A DNA stretch of 64,000 bases, from NCBI RefSeq assembly GCF_006345805.1, contig NC_043002.1:51088001-51152000 (forward strand), written 5' to 3'. Both the position numbers and the translations under genes were made by a program. The stretch comes from Octopus sinensis (Eukaryota). The notes beneath the pieces are model-generated. The model saw nothing but the letters and a program-made list of their open reading frames with translations. It had not been told where the DNA came from and ran no database searches. Position 1 is the first letter of the stretch; each line of letters begins with the position of its first letter. This document shows, piece by piece, positions 43,301 through 58,603 of the stretch.

Positions 43301-43699
43301 TTAAACACATGAAGCTTTAGTCCAATCAAAACAAAAAAAGTATTGCTTTAATCATAACTGTTCCTTTTGAAATATGGCTAGTTATTCGATAGTGGAGAGG
43401 CACGAATTCTTAAAAGCAAAGACACTCATTTAGATAAAGCAATGATAAATTATAAATCAGTATTTCTGTAATTTAACATACGAACTAACATCTTCGCTCT
43501 TATTGACACTAAATGTTTCCCACGATGGGAAAGCCTCAGAAGATGACAATAGCTTCAAACATTTGACAACAAGCATGGACAGTTAATCGTCTGTAATGCT
43601 TTAGATCAGTCATGGACAAACTTATTTCCGCAGGGCTTTCTGAAATGCATGACTAACAAAAAAATACATTGAAAATAATGAAAAACTTCTTTTCACTAA

Positions 43700-45025
43700 T
43701 CCAAAACCACGGAAAAGACATAAAAAATAGACTATTTAACAAACTTTAAATGTAAATCCAGCCTATTCTATGGTCTACCCAAAGTTCACAAAAGCAAAAT
43801 TATAAACGAAGCCATCAAAAAGTCACCAAAGGCATACATACATACACCAGCACCAGGAGACCTAAAATTATGGCCCATTATAGCTGGATCATCCTGTGAA
43901 ACACACCGATAAAGTTTCCTCATGAACATCTTCCTGAAATCATTTCTAAAATACATCAAAAGTTATATTAGACATGACTTAGATATGTTAAATCCCCTAC
44001 CAGATAAGGTCAAAGAAGAAACAGTCATGTTTACATTTGATGTGACAAACCTATACACTAACATACCCTATGATTATGGAATATAAGAAATACCAGAACG
44101 GCTCAATAAAGAATTCATAATCGAATCAATAAGATTCATCCTTCAAAACAACCACTTCATGTTCGACAGCACAGTTTATCGCCAAAAATCTGGAATTGCC
44201 ATGGGAACCTGGGCAGCCCGACCATTGCCAACCTAACAATGGGCTATTTAGAAATAATATATCAGGATTCATTTTCTAAATTTGGAAACCCTCTCTTCCA
44301 ATACATGATAGAAAACTGGAAAAGATTTTTGGACGACTGCTTTATTTTTGGAATGACAACATAGATAAACTTTTGGAATTAAAAAGTCGAACACAATAAC
44401 ACACCTACTCTGAAAACACTAGCTTTTGTCTCCACATACAGCCCCAGAAACAAAGAAGCGTTTAACATTATCGTCCAAAACCTCCCAATACTCCATAAGG
44501 ATCCTAAACTGAACGAAATTCTACGAACCCATAAAATCATTAAAAGCAGTAAACAACCAAAGACACTAAAGAAGATCCTCACAGATACTAAATTAATCTC
44601 AAGACTAACGGACGCAAGAGAAAAAAGGTGTGGTCGTCCTGAGGAACATTCTCAATCTTTTCGATGGATAAGAATTCCAGTTTAGACATGGGTAAAAATT
44701 CAAAGTTAAATCCAAATTCACCTGCGCCTCTGAAAAAATCACATATGTAATCAGACGCTCGGGCTGCCATAAAAACTATATAGGGTCGACAGGAATGCTG
44801 TGCAGATGAAGATGAACACTCCACAGACAATAGATATCCTCCCCACTATATCACCAGATATATCTCAGTGAACACATTGACAGATGTGCAGAACAACTGC
44901 AACCACATTTCTTAATCTTCCTGTTATATCAATTTGCTATTTGGAGCTCAACACAAGTGCAACTAGATAAAGAGACCTCATTTATCGAAAAATATAAGCC
45001 GAAATTAAATATAAACCCATATTGA
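43700..45025 (+). pseudogene. Penelope-like retroelement ORF relic (RT plus GIY-YIG endonuclease) with stops, frameshifts and an internal deletion
   Basis: Translated pieces: SLFYGLPKVHK, LKLWPIIAG, FDVTNLYTNIP, FILQNNHFMFDSTVYRQKSGIAMGT, PTIANLTMGYLE, WKRFLDDCF (to 44340); then FVSTYSP, KSKFTCASEKITYVIRRSGCHKNYIGST (GIY-YIG), ETSFIEKYKPKLN, stop at 45023-45025. Confidence 0.92.
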
Positions 45026-45983
45026 AAATTAAACGTTTGCCCCACCATTGTAAGAATCAAATGTAGACCAATATTAAAAATTACAGATTTACTTTCCCTT
45101 TACTGAAAAATACCTTGTCAAGTACCCTTCATAGCAAACAAAATGTCTAATTCAGAATTTCATCCAAAACTCAAAATTTGAAAAGTGATAGCGAAACCGG
45201 TTATTATGTTGGAAGAAGAAAAAATCTGAGATCATGGGTTCCAAAATTCCTTTTCATGGAATCAGCTATATGTCTGTACATTTGGCCCATGAGATTTCTT
45301 TTTTTATATCATTTTCATTAAAACAATAATGACCTCACAACACAGTCCTGAAATATTATAAATAGGATACATACACATATATACATACATACATATATAT
45401 ATGTATGTATTATCCACATGTGTGTATGTGTGTCTGTATGCGTGTATTCCAAAACAGAAGGTTTGTTTAGATACAAAAGTTTCCATTAGAGCAAGATATA
45501 AGCCCTTTCACAGAAAGTACAGTCTTTTATTCTATGATTCCATATGTACATATATACATACCCACATGCACACAGATCAAGAGCTAAGAGAGTAAACTAT
45601 GATCTGACATCTTTAAGATATTGGGGACTATAATGTTAAAATCCTTACTTGTTTTGATATACTCTGCTCATGGTTCTCTAATCTCTATTGAGATTTTTGC
45701 GAAATTCCTCAGCTTATCTTAAGACAAACATTGTCTTTATCATTTAAAAAGAATTGGTGAAATGTGTAGAGAACTTTTGAGGAGATAAAACACCAAATCA
45801 CGAAAATATTAATTTGTGTTGAGTAAAAAGCTTGAAAAATTGTAACCAGGAGGCGAGGTTGCAAATCAGATTTGTCCTATGATGTCCGTATTTTGTACAA
45901 TATTGTATAACACTTTTGCTATTTTCGTTGTAATATATTCTTTAGTCTTGTAAAACAAATCTATGGTTTTTCATCTTATTTCT

Positions 45984-46044
<61 letters not shown>

Positions 46045-46478
46045 ATATACACTCGCGCTCGCACACACATAATCTTGACGAGAACTAATAAAATTGAATA
46101 TAGTCAGGCCACATAAAATAAGGATTTCAGATTTAGAAGTCTGATGTCTGAGAGTCAATTACTTAATCCGGACCATAAATTCAAGTAAACTATCTATCTA
46201 ATACATACACACACATATATTTATCATACACACGCAAACTCACACACAGACACACACACATATATGCGTGTGTTTTTAGCTTGTTGCATATGTGTGTGTA
46301 TGTGTGTGTAATCCGGATTTTTGTATTTCGATATATGTTGAAATGGGTTATCTAGGATACATACGTACATATTCTCATGTGTGTCTGAGTGTGTGTGTGA
46401 ACGAGTGTGTGATTGTACGTATGTGTGTGAGTCTGTCTGTGTACATGTGTTTATATATGCATATATATATATACATAT

Positions 46479-46479
<1 letters not shown>

Positions 46480-46525
<46 letters not shown>

Positions 46526-46913
46526 ATATTATATATATATATATATTATATATATATATATTATATATATATATATTATATATATATATATATTATATAT
46601 ATATATATTATTATTATCATTATTATTATTATTATTATTATTATCATTATTATTATTATCATTATTATTATTATTATTATCATTATTTATTATTATTATT
46701 ATTATTATCATATTATTATTATTATTATCATTATTATTATTATTATTATCATTTTATTATTATTATTATCATTATTATATTATTATTATTATTATCATTA
46801 TATTATTATTATTATCATTATATTATTATTATTATTATTATCATTATTATTATTATTATTATCATTATTATTATATTATTATATTATTATTATCATTATT
46901 ATTATTATTATTA

Positions 46914-46945
<32 letters not shown>

Positions 46946-47171
46946 CATTATTATTATTATTATATCATTATTATTATTATTATTATATTATTATTATTAT
47001 TATTATTTCATTATTATTATTATTATTATCATTATTATTATTATTATTATTATTATCATTATTATTATTATTATTATCATTATTATTTATTATTATTATA
47101 TCATTATTATTATTATTATTATTATCATTATTATTATATTATTATTATTATTATCATTATCATTATTATTA
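46480..47171. repeat. (TA)n followed by ~570 bp of (TAT)/(CAT) trinucleotide repeat
   Basis: Direct reading; explains most of the 362-aa ORF at 46292-47380. Confidence 0.95.
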
Positions 47172-48445
47172 TTAACACAGACTTTAAGATTTTGGCCAAG
47201 GTGTTAGCGAAAAGCTGGTGCTTGTCCTCGGTAGCCTGGTTGAAACGCAAACGTGCACAATCCCCTGTAGGCACATCCACGACAACCTCCACCTTATGCG
47301 GTACATTATACAGAGGGCTGAGACCAAAGTTCGCTTCGGGGTGTTCTGATCAATTTGGATTAACATGGACGACGTGGTGAACAGGGCAAGCCAGTCTTAC
47401 CCATAAATGGACGGAGAGGAAGCTGTCACTGAAAGGTGGAGCAGAGGTGGCGAATGCTTACATCGCATCCGGTATCATTTATCGCCTGATCGTCGTGCCT
47501 TGTCCCAGTTACTGCCTGACTACTTTGGAGCGTCTCTTATTTAAATTGTTGTGGAAGGGACGCGTTAGAAAGTCCAGATGGTCAGTTAGTTGCTACCATC
47601 CTCTGAGTGGCGGATTAGGTAATCTGTGTCTCCTAATACGCAGACACGCTCTTAAGTTATGCCGCCTACAACGATTTCTGAGGCTCGTCATTCTGCAGCT
47701 CGTCTCCTTGATGGAGCTGTAGTCCCAGGTGAAGAACAGCCCGGGACTGGGCGCCTGACATCTAGAATGTCGTCAGGCGCTCTCAGCTCTCCACTAGTCG
47801 AACAATAGGATCGGTGGATGTTCCACTTTAGAAATGTATAGAGGATTAGTAGTTAGGAAGTGCGACAAAGTTCTCTCGGAGACACTGGGCGCCGATGATT
47901 ACGAACTGGCTAGTCTGTTCCGGATGACTTGCGGTCCGGAACTATCATGGATAATTTCCAGATCTCCTTAACCTGACAGTGCTACCGGGGGGCGCTTCGA
48001 AATAAACTCTACAGCAACGGATTTGCTGTCAGACGGACCTGTCCGAGGTGTACGCAAATCTGCACGCTCTCGTTCAGCGTCCGGGCATTGTTGACTTGTA
48101 AGGCTATGTCGAACAGCTGCTATCACGTGTGAGACGGATCCGTCAGTTGGCCGAGTCTGTAGTGAGGATCGCACCGCCACCCTCCTTCAGTCGGGCTGGC
48201 AAGGCAGTTTTTCTTTGCCTGGTGGCTGTGGTGAAAGAGATTGTTTGGTGGACAAGACTGAAAGGCATGAGGACAGATACATTCCTATTTGGTAGAGCTC
48301 TCACTGACTCCTTCAAGTTTCATTTGAAAAGCAAATTGAGAGTGGAGAGGTAAGTGCAATAGTCGAGTGAGTTTAGTGAAATGTGGGTAGGAGTCGCGAA
48401 AATGGCAAGAGAGGACGGTACTTCTCTAAGTGTAGACCTGTGAAC
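47172..48445 (+). pseudogene. L1/Tx1-clade LINE ORF2 relic (RT start, post-RT domain, C-terminus), 5'-truncated and internally deleted
   Basis: NTDFKILAKVLAK, then TCTIPCRHIHDNLHLMRYII in the adjacent frame (RT domains 2-3); ANAYIASGIIYRL...LFKLLWKG...HPLSGGLG; C-terminal VKEIVWWTRLKG...FKFHLKSKLRVER. Confidence 0.85.
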
Positions 48446-48746
48446 CGGAGAGAAGGAATTGAAGAGGGCACTTCCTTCTGAGGTTTCAGGGAAATCCCGG
48501 ACAGTACGTTTCCTCGATTATTCCTAGACGCTTTACTGTATCAGGAGAGCCACATCACTTTCATACTTACCACCACTTGTTTTTAATCCTTTGTATGCTA
48601 TGCATATGTCCCTTCTTTTTCAGTGTATACCGAGTATACTTTCTAACTGTCATTTTTATCATTTCATTACAGGTAAATCCCCACACTTTATGTCTGTCTT
48701 TGTATTGCACTCAATCCTACGCCCTTGTAGTGAATAAAAGAAATTA

Positions 48747-48799
<53 letters not shown>

Positions 48800-48831
48800 G
48801 TTGTTGTTGTTGTTGTTGTTGTTGTTATTGC

Positions 48832-49350
48832 GTGAGAGAGCAGTGCATGCTATTAAAGTGACATTGAGGAAAAATATACGAAGCCCAGTATACCCATCAT
48901 GACTACCCGTCTAATAAGGGTACACTAGGCACATGCATCACAACCATATGTGCGCCTCACAACCAGTACATGGCCTTGCAGGAGGGGCCCAGTTAAATTT
49001 TCTTCTGGTCGAGTAGCCCATCCCGCTCAAAAGGACCTTGAATGAGGGTTGCTTAAGGATGGGGAATGAAACACCCATGTTTCCAGAGGTGAATTATTCA
49101 AACCCCAAAGGATCTCTCTCAACACATGGTTATGATGCTCTCCCACAACTTCTGCTCGTGACCAGAGATGCACATATCGTCAGCCACTAAGGGACATGCT
49201 CAACTGGTTAAGGTCAAACAACTGACAAGCAAATCTTTTGTATCGAGCAGAATATTTGCTGTAGCCTATCTTTTATACCAAGACAAAACAATGTAAATGA
49301 TAACACTTCCAATCAGTTAATATCAGAAGCCATGGAAAGCACTGCCTGGT
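48832..49350 (-). mobile_element. Unclassified ~500-bp element embedded between (AAT)/(AAC) tracts; probable retroposon
   Basis: Complex, non-coding, higher-GC block with sharp edges. The minus-strand end CTCTCTCACGC runs directly into (AAC)n(AAT)n. Only one copy is in the window, so its repetitive nature is recalled, not shown. Confidence 0.5.
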
Positions 49351-49373
49351 ACTGTTGTTGTTTCTTATCATCA

Positions 49374-49473
<100 letters not shown>

Positions 49474-49488
49474 TCATCATCATCATCA

Positions 49489-49554
<66 letters not shown>

Positions 49555-50251
49555 CCACATATTCACAAACTCTCACACATACATACACAAATACACACAT
49601 TTGTGTGTATGTGTATATATATATATATACGTCGTCATTAGCTCTCTTTGTAACTGTCTAAAAGTGAAATGTTCACGTCAGTCAATCTCTGCCTTTTACA
49701 CTGTAGACGTGCGGCAACCATTACGTAAAGAAATAAGCTGTAGAAAGAACACAGCGCTGAGACAAAGTTCTCGGACTTCTTACGTTTTCCAGCTACCACC
49801 ACAGCCACAACCATCATAACAACCATCAACACGACCGCCATTTTGAATCAACTGACTTCCATTTTGCTTATGGCTTGCCAGTCAATTTGTCATCATGCCG
49901 ATAGCAGAAAGATTAATTAAACTCCATCAATGATGGTTTTGGTGATCTTATGTTATGTTGATAGCAACCAATACTAGAATGCATGAAATACTGTCCATCA
50001 AAGTCTATTCTAGGTAAAACTGATGCTGACAGCGAGTAAACTTCCTTGCACAGTTTCATATTTCAACGGCAAACCTGTCTACAGAGTAGATTGGTTTACT
50101 TAGACCGAAATCACATTTTTGTCACACACATTCTTTCATTTACAATTGTCTAAACATATATGAGTAAATTGTCGATGGGCGTGTGTATGCATGAATGAGA
50201 AGACGGCTCTCTGCTCACCATTTACACACACGTATGCACACACTAACCCAC

Positions 50252-50321
<70 letters not shown>

Positions 50322-50736
50322 TATATATATACATATATATACTCACACATATGTGTATGGGTATATGCATATATATGTATATATACATATATATATATAC
50401 ATATATGTATATGTATAAAATTTATTAATATATATATATATATGTGTATGTATGTATACACGCACACATACACACTCATGTGTATGTATATATTTACACA
50501 TACGTCATGCATGCAGGCACATTTTGTAAACGGTGTTACAAAGACGTGCTCTAGTGCAAATATGTTGTATGAAGGTTAACTATTGTTCCATCTTGGCCAT
50601 TACCAAGTGTTCCATGGCAAGGTTACTCTCAGGCGGCATTTTAAAAAGAAACATTTTGTTTAGAATGCCACAGTAGTAGCAGCAGCTGTAGTAATAGGAG
50701 CAGTAGCAGCAACAGCAGCACTAGTAGTAGTAGTAA

Positions 50737-50818
<82 letters not shown>

Positions 50819-51663
50819 GGTGGTGATGGTGGTGGTGGTGGTGGTGGCGTTGGCGGTGTCTTTCGTTTGGAACAGATGATATTTACCTGTATCGAGTTCA
50901 AATCTCGTCAGGAATATCTGAACCTTTCCCCCTTCTAAGGTGGATAAAATTAACTTTTGAATCAAGTACTACAGTCGAATCAATCGTTTTGACTCTAATC
51001 CCAGATTTGTCGCCTTATGCCAATGTTAAGTATTACTATTCATAATAGTAATTTCTATCATGGGTACGCAGCCACAAATATAAAGCTTAAGGGCAGGCGA
51101 TTAACGAAATCGATAGGTGACCTGGCATAATGCCTTGTACCAGTACGTTCTGAATCCGAATCCCACCTAGGTCATCTTCGAATTCGTTCCTTCTGAAATA
51201 AATAACATCATGTAGCTGTCTAAAACTGTTGGTTCGAAGAGTTGTTAGAGGGTCGGAAACATTCTTACAGTATTTGTTCTGGGTCTTAGTCTTGAGTTCA
51301 AATTTCGTCGAGGTCAACTTTGTCTTCCATCATTCCAGAGTCGATAAGATAAAAGTACAATCAAATACAGAGATTGATATATTCGTTGGTATATTTTGTT
51401 TTTCTCTTCACTGCACATCAGAAACATTTGTGACTTCAAATAGATTTCCTTGGATTCGCTTTTCCGAGAACAGTTGGTGCCATCTGTATTATGAGAGCGT
51501 GTGGCATGAGGCTGGCGAAATTTTTTTAATAACTGTTGCGTTAGAATTTGTAGTGAAAACTGATGCAGGTATTTTCGGTGGTGACATTCACTGATGATGG
51601 TTGTGATGTCCCTGTGTCAGCTATGACTATATTAATGCTGCTGTAAGTCCATTATTATTATTA

Positions 51664-51739
<76 letters not shown>

Positions 51740-51794
51740 TACTATTGTTATTATTATCATTATTATTATTTTTATTTTTATTACTACTACTACT

Positions 51795-52708
51795 ACTACT
51801 ACATCACTCCTTTTCGATTCACTAAAGCGGATCTTTGTTTCTTCAAACCTTGGTTCAAACGTTCTAATTGCTGACAGTAGACTTGAGCATTGATTGTTTC
51901 ATTAAGTGGTAACAATTTAAAGTAAATTACTCCTTTGCAATCCCACCAGATAGAGAGAAGAAACTTTTTCCCATGAAGTTCCCTTCTCGATTGTGTTTGA
52001 CATTTTTCCCTTTTACCAAGCCACTGTTTACGACGTTTATCATTTCGATAGAAGATCCATTTTTCGTCACCAGTCACAAGTCTATCCAAAAAGGGTGAAA
52101 TGAGTTTGCGAGAATGGAGAGAAGAGCGGATGTCAACTCGAGATTTGCGATTACTTTCGGACAATTCATGAGGCACCCATTTTCCAAGTTTAGGAACCTT
52201 TCCAAGTTGTTGAAGATGATGATGAACAGTTGTATGGTTTGAACTTAATTTTATTGCCAATTAGTCAACTAATAATTCAGGATTTTCTTCAAGTAGTGCC
52301 TTAAGGAGGTTATCATCAAACACAACTGGACGTCTTGTTCGATCTTCATCTTCAAGGCTGAAATCTCCACTTATGAATTTTGCAAACCATCTTATGCAAG
52401 TTCTTTCATTCAAGCCTTCTTTCCCCATAAACTGAGTGTATGTTTCGAGTCGCTTCGTCTGCAGAATTTCCTTTTTTTGTATTCATAAAGCATTATGTGC
52501 CTCAAATGCTCTTTGGATACTTCCATGTTAGAAAGGGTTTTAATCAGAGAAATTTAAATCAATTATTCTGTAAAACAATATTTAATTAATTTAAATGTAC
52601 ACAAATGCATAAAAATAATTTCAAATTCCATTGTACATTCTAAAATACTATTAAATTTCATTGAATTTTAAAAAAGGTAAAATCGGACAGAACTTATGGG
52701 ATGACCTG
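51795..52708 (-). mobile_element. Mariner (Tc1/mariner) transposon, 3'-truncated, transposase pseudogene
   Basis: ATG at 52526, MEVSKEHLRHIMLYEYKK, +1 frameshift, in-frame TAA at 52261-52263, then WVPHEL, LVTGDEKWIFY, LSIWWDCKGVIYF, TINAQVYCQQLERL; it ends in (TAG/TAA)n before the HDNA motif. Likely left TIR CAGGTCATCCCATAAGTTCTGTCCGATT at about 52681-52708. Confidence 0.92.
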
Positions 52709-52792
52709 AAATTTAGTTTTGCACAAAGTATTGTTCTAGAAAAAAGTATAAGAAAACATTAAAAAATTATAAGTTTGTTTTAAAATTTAGGA

Positions 52793-53290
52793 TTACATAG
52801 ACAGTATTTTACGTAGAATATGGGCAGTTCTCATGAGCACTAGTTTTTGAATTTCTGCCATTTTTGGATCTCCTGGCATCTGAGTTTGGTAACAATCAGC
52901 CCCTTTTGCTATCATTCCTTGGGCACCCATGACAACAAGTATTATTTTACTCATGCAGTTCCACATTTTGCCGATTTCTATTTCAAGGTCTTTATACTTG
53001 TTCAGCTTCTGGTAGTTCTCGACAGATATATTTATGCCGATTGGGACAGTCATATGGATGACGAGGCATGTTTCTTGTCTGAATACCATCAATATAATGT
53101 CTGGCCTATTAGCATCTACCTTTCTGATATTTTGAACGGTGAATTTCCAGAGGAGTGAGATGCGGTCATTTTCAAGCACTGGAGGTGGTTTCTGTTCGCA
53201 CCGGTTTTTATCAAAGAGCAGGTCCAAATTTTTGCAAGTTACCCAGTGAGTATACTGTGCTGCTCTGCTGTTGAGATGCTCCGTAGGCGC
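52793..53290 (-). pseudogene. R4/Dong-type non-LTR retrotransposon 3' fragment (restriction-like endonuclease domain)
   Basis: VLENDRISLLWKFTVQNIRKVDANRPDIIL...IHMTVP...KLNKYKDLEIEIGKMW...VVMGAQG...IQKLVLMRTAHILRKILSM*, the typical RLE C-terminus. The 5' truncation abuts (TAT)n. Confidence 0.85.
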
Positions 53291-54680
<1,390 letters not shown>

Positions 54681-55094
54681 AGCAACAACATCCAAGTAAA
54701 ATGCTCTTCTGTACTCTTGCACCTCCACAAACTCGAACAAGATAGAAAAGATATATATATAAAGAGAAACAAAACTAAAAATAAAAAAAAAATGAATGCA
54801 AAAATAAAATGGAGAAAAAGTAGACGGATGCGAAAACATATCAAAACTGGCATCTTTGTGGTCAAAGCATGGTAGTATGTAGTGAGATAGGGAGATGGTC
54901 TGCCCAAAAGATCTGTAACGACTGGCACCTCATCCTAAATGGCGTTACTAGGCCGACAATACGACTCCACGGTTTTCTATAGCTTCTGTCAGCAACAATA
55001 AGCCAGTCGATTATTTCACATATGAATAACTCTTCTGGAAAAGGAGTAGCAAAACGGTTAGTAATCTAGTAAGCGTTCAACGCTCACTCATTCT

Positions 55095-55095
55095 T

Positions 55096-55170
<75 letters not shown>

Positions 55171-55171
55171 G

Positions 55172-55254
<83 letters not shown>

Positions 55255-55255
55255 A
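55095..55255. repeat. (CTAT)n microsatellite
   Basis: Direct reading. Confidence 0.95.
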
Positions 55256-55738
55256 TTTCTGTCCCTGACATTTTTCATTTTCCAGCATTTTTCAGCCGTT
55301 CGTTTTCATTCTCTCTTTTCACAATCTCTCGCTTCTCACACTCCTTCGCTTCTTGTACTCTTACACAACTCCCACTCTCCTCCTTACACACTGCCTCTCT
55401 TCTTCTCATTCTCCCTTCTCTTTCTCTCTCTCTCTCTCTCCCTATATCTGTATGTCTGTCCGTCTGCTTGCCTACGTCTGTCTGTTTGTCTGTCTCTCTC
55501 TGTGTCTGTCCGTCTGTTTGTCTCTGTCTCACTGTCTTTGTCTGTCTCTCTCTCTGTCTGTTTCTCTCTCTCTCTCTCTCCCTCTCTCAAACTCTCACAC
55601 ACCATCGCTCTCACGCCTTTAATTTCGCTCTCTCATTCAGCTAAATTTATTTGGTTTTTTTATTCACTATATTTTCTTCCTCTCATTCTTTATCCCACCT
55701 TTCCCTCACGCATCTTGATCTTTCTCTCTATCGCTTTC

Positions 55739-55792
<54 letters not shown>

Positions 55793-56272
55793 ATATTACT
55801 TTCTCAATCATCATTCCCTTCTTCGATCTTCCTTATTAATTTCTTCACAGTTTTTTTTTTTTCGTTTTCAACACACTTTCTAAATCTTTATTTTCTCGGT
55901 GAAACACGCCACACGCATGCAGGCACACGCGCACAATCACACAGATACATGTTGGTGAAATAATTGCATGAACACATGGAGCACCACGCGCGCGCTCACA
56001 AACATGGCTGAAAATATGTAGCATGTAAACAGATTGTTACATACACACTCGCACACGTACCTTGAATCACGCATGACCATTATAAAACGTACCCGAACAT
56101 ACACACACACTTAATACATATGGAGTTATGGAAAACACGTTTACATACTTAAACACATGAGAACATATGGAACACATACATAAACACATGTTTGAACGTA
56201 ATAGATTGAGAATATACATACAAGTTTACACAATTAACACGCAAATTCCTCACACGCTACATTTGTTTCTGC

Positions 56273-56309
<37 letters not shown>

Positions 56310-56558
56310 TCTCTATTTCTATCTCATTATCTCTCTCTTCTCTCTCTCTCTCTCTCTCGCTCTCTTGTTTCTCTCTCATTTCCCCCCCCCGTCTCTCCCT
56401 CTCTCTTTCTCTTTCTCTCTCTCCCCGCTCTCTCTCTCACTTTCTGACCTAACGTTGATAGAATTGTGACTAGACACAAGTCACAATTAATTTTTCATGA
56501 AATATTAAATTAGTAAAAAGTGATTTCCCATCGAATAAAAATTGTGCTATCACGTCTG

Positions 56559-56699
<141 letters not shown>

Positions 56700-56956
56700 T
56701 ATATATATGTTTGTGTGTGTGTGTGAGTGTAGATAACTGTTGGAAAGTGGAACGAACGACAGTTTTTATGCCAAATCACTATAATGTATATGTGTTTATG
56801 TGTATTTGTGTGTATATATGTTTGTATGTATGTATGTATGTGTGTATGTATATATGCATGTGAGCATAAGTATGTATGCTGTACACGCAAACGCCCACGC
56901 GCGCACACAAACACACGCGCATACATATACACATACATATATACACTCATACACAC

Positions 56957-57537
56957 ACTGAAAGCGTTGAACTTAGTGGTCAGTGTGTAACACAAGTGAT
57001 TACGAGAGCGTGGCTTCAATTCTTACACCGGATTGTTTGTTGTGTTTTTGGGAAAAACACTTCATTTCACGCTGCTTTGCGATTACTTCGACACCTAATG
57101 TGTGGTACCCGTGCATCTGTTAAGGCAACGTCCATTTGATGAGGGACTGGGATAACTTACAGCGCAAACTTTTCATCACTATAAACGAATCATTTTTGCA
57201 GATGATTACAAGACATTGTAAAAACCTCTTTGTCAGAGTACGAGGACCCACCTGTCGATCTCGACGTATGAGCGTTCAGCTTTTGCCGAACGATCTGCAC
57301 AAATAATTTGTTAATAGTAATCAAATGTACGTGCTGCACATTAGCTCACATCCTCCATTAAATCGATGTTGCCTGAATAGATGCACAGTGTAACACGCGT
57401 CAGGTGTCGAAGTGATGGTAGAGCAACGTGAGATGAAGTGCTTTTCTCAAACATATAACACACTAAGCGGTCTAAGAATTGAAACAACGATCTACCGATC
57501 GTGAGTGCAATGCCCCAATCACTAGACCATGCATCCT
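56957..57537. mobile_element. Two degenerate family-D-related SINEs, tail to tail (+ 56957-57235, - 57290-57537)
   Basis: AACACTTCATTTCACGCTGCT...TTCGACACCTAATGTGTGG on plus versus CACGCGTCAGGTGTCGAAG...AGCAACGTGAGATGAAGTG on minus. Confidence 0.7.
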
Positions 57538-57840
57538 CATATATATACGCATACAAGATGGCTTATGTTTTTAATGGTGCAACTTCCAGTAGATAAGCAT
57601 ATACATAATACTATGTAGAGTATTGGATTAGAATACATGTTGGATGGGTAAAGTCGGAGTCGAAGACTTAAATCCGAATCTTCTGTAAACATGAAAGACG
57701 TTCTACCAATATAACAAAGAAATCCTTCGAAATACTCCATCCATATATGGACTTTCTTCATACAAGCAAGCATTGTAAACAATACATACATATATGCATG
57801 CAAGTATACATACATACATATAAACATATATATAAACATA

Positions 57841-57898
<58 letters not shown>

Positions 57899-58310
57899 AC
57901 ATACATACTTACATGCATACATATATACATATATATGTCTGTCTGTGTATATATATACATACAAGCATACATGCATACATACATTCATACATATACAGGT
58001 ACACACACTAAAAACTGCAACAATACTATCACAAACAATTTTCAAGGGAGCTTCTGCGACTAGAAGTAGTGGCCAAATTGCCTTCGGTTCATACACAGCC
58101 GTCTTTAAAACGGATCTGAATTCAATGCTAAATTTTTTTTAATTAAGTGATATTGAACAAAATAAAGAAGAAAAAAAAGTAAGCATCTCTATATAAAAAT
58201 ACTCGATATGTATAAAAGTCAGTTATCTCGTTCATTTCTACAGACACACTTTACATCGACAGAGAGAGGAGACGAGAGTGTAAAAGAGAAATACAAAGAG
58301 AGAGAAAGAA

Positions 58311-58347
<37 letters not shown>

Positions 58348-58489
58348 TACAAACAGTCACATAGATAGATAGACAGACGGATTGATATAAGAGTTACAAG
58401 ATGAGTATACATGCTAGGCTTGGCTGTAGGGAATGCGTAAAGAATACTACATACATAAAGTGATAGAAAATAATATATAAACAAAAGAG

Positions 58490-58603
58490 GAGGAGGAGGA
58501 GGAAGAAAAGAAGAAGAAGAAGAGAAGAAGAAGAAGAAGAAGAAGAAGAAGAAGAAGAAGAGAAGAAGAAGAAGAAGAAGAAGAAGAAGAAGAAGAAGAA
58601 GAA
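58490..58603. repeat. (GAG)/(GAA)n microsatellite
   Basis: Direct reading. Confidence 0.95.

Noticed and set aside
45100-45210. Hammerhead downstream of the Penelope ORF (GCGAAACCGGTT)
   Set aside because: The GAAA plus palindromic ACCGGT half is present, but I found no CUGANGA with a matching stem II upstream.
46292-47380. Longest ORF in the track (362 aa) as a host gene
   Set aside because: It is a translation of (TA)n/(TAT)n; only the last ~20 meaningful codons belong to the Tx1 LINE relic.
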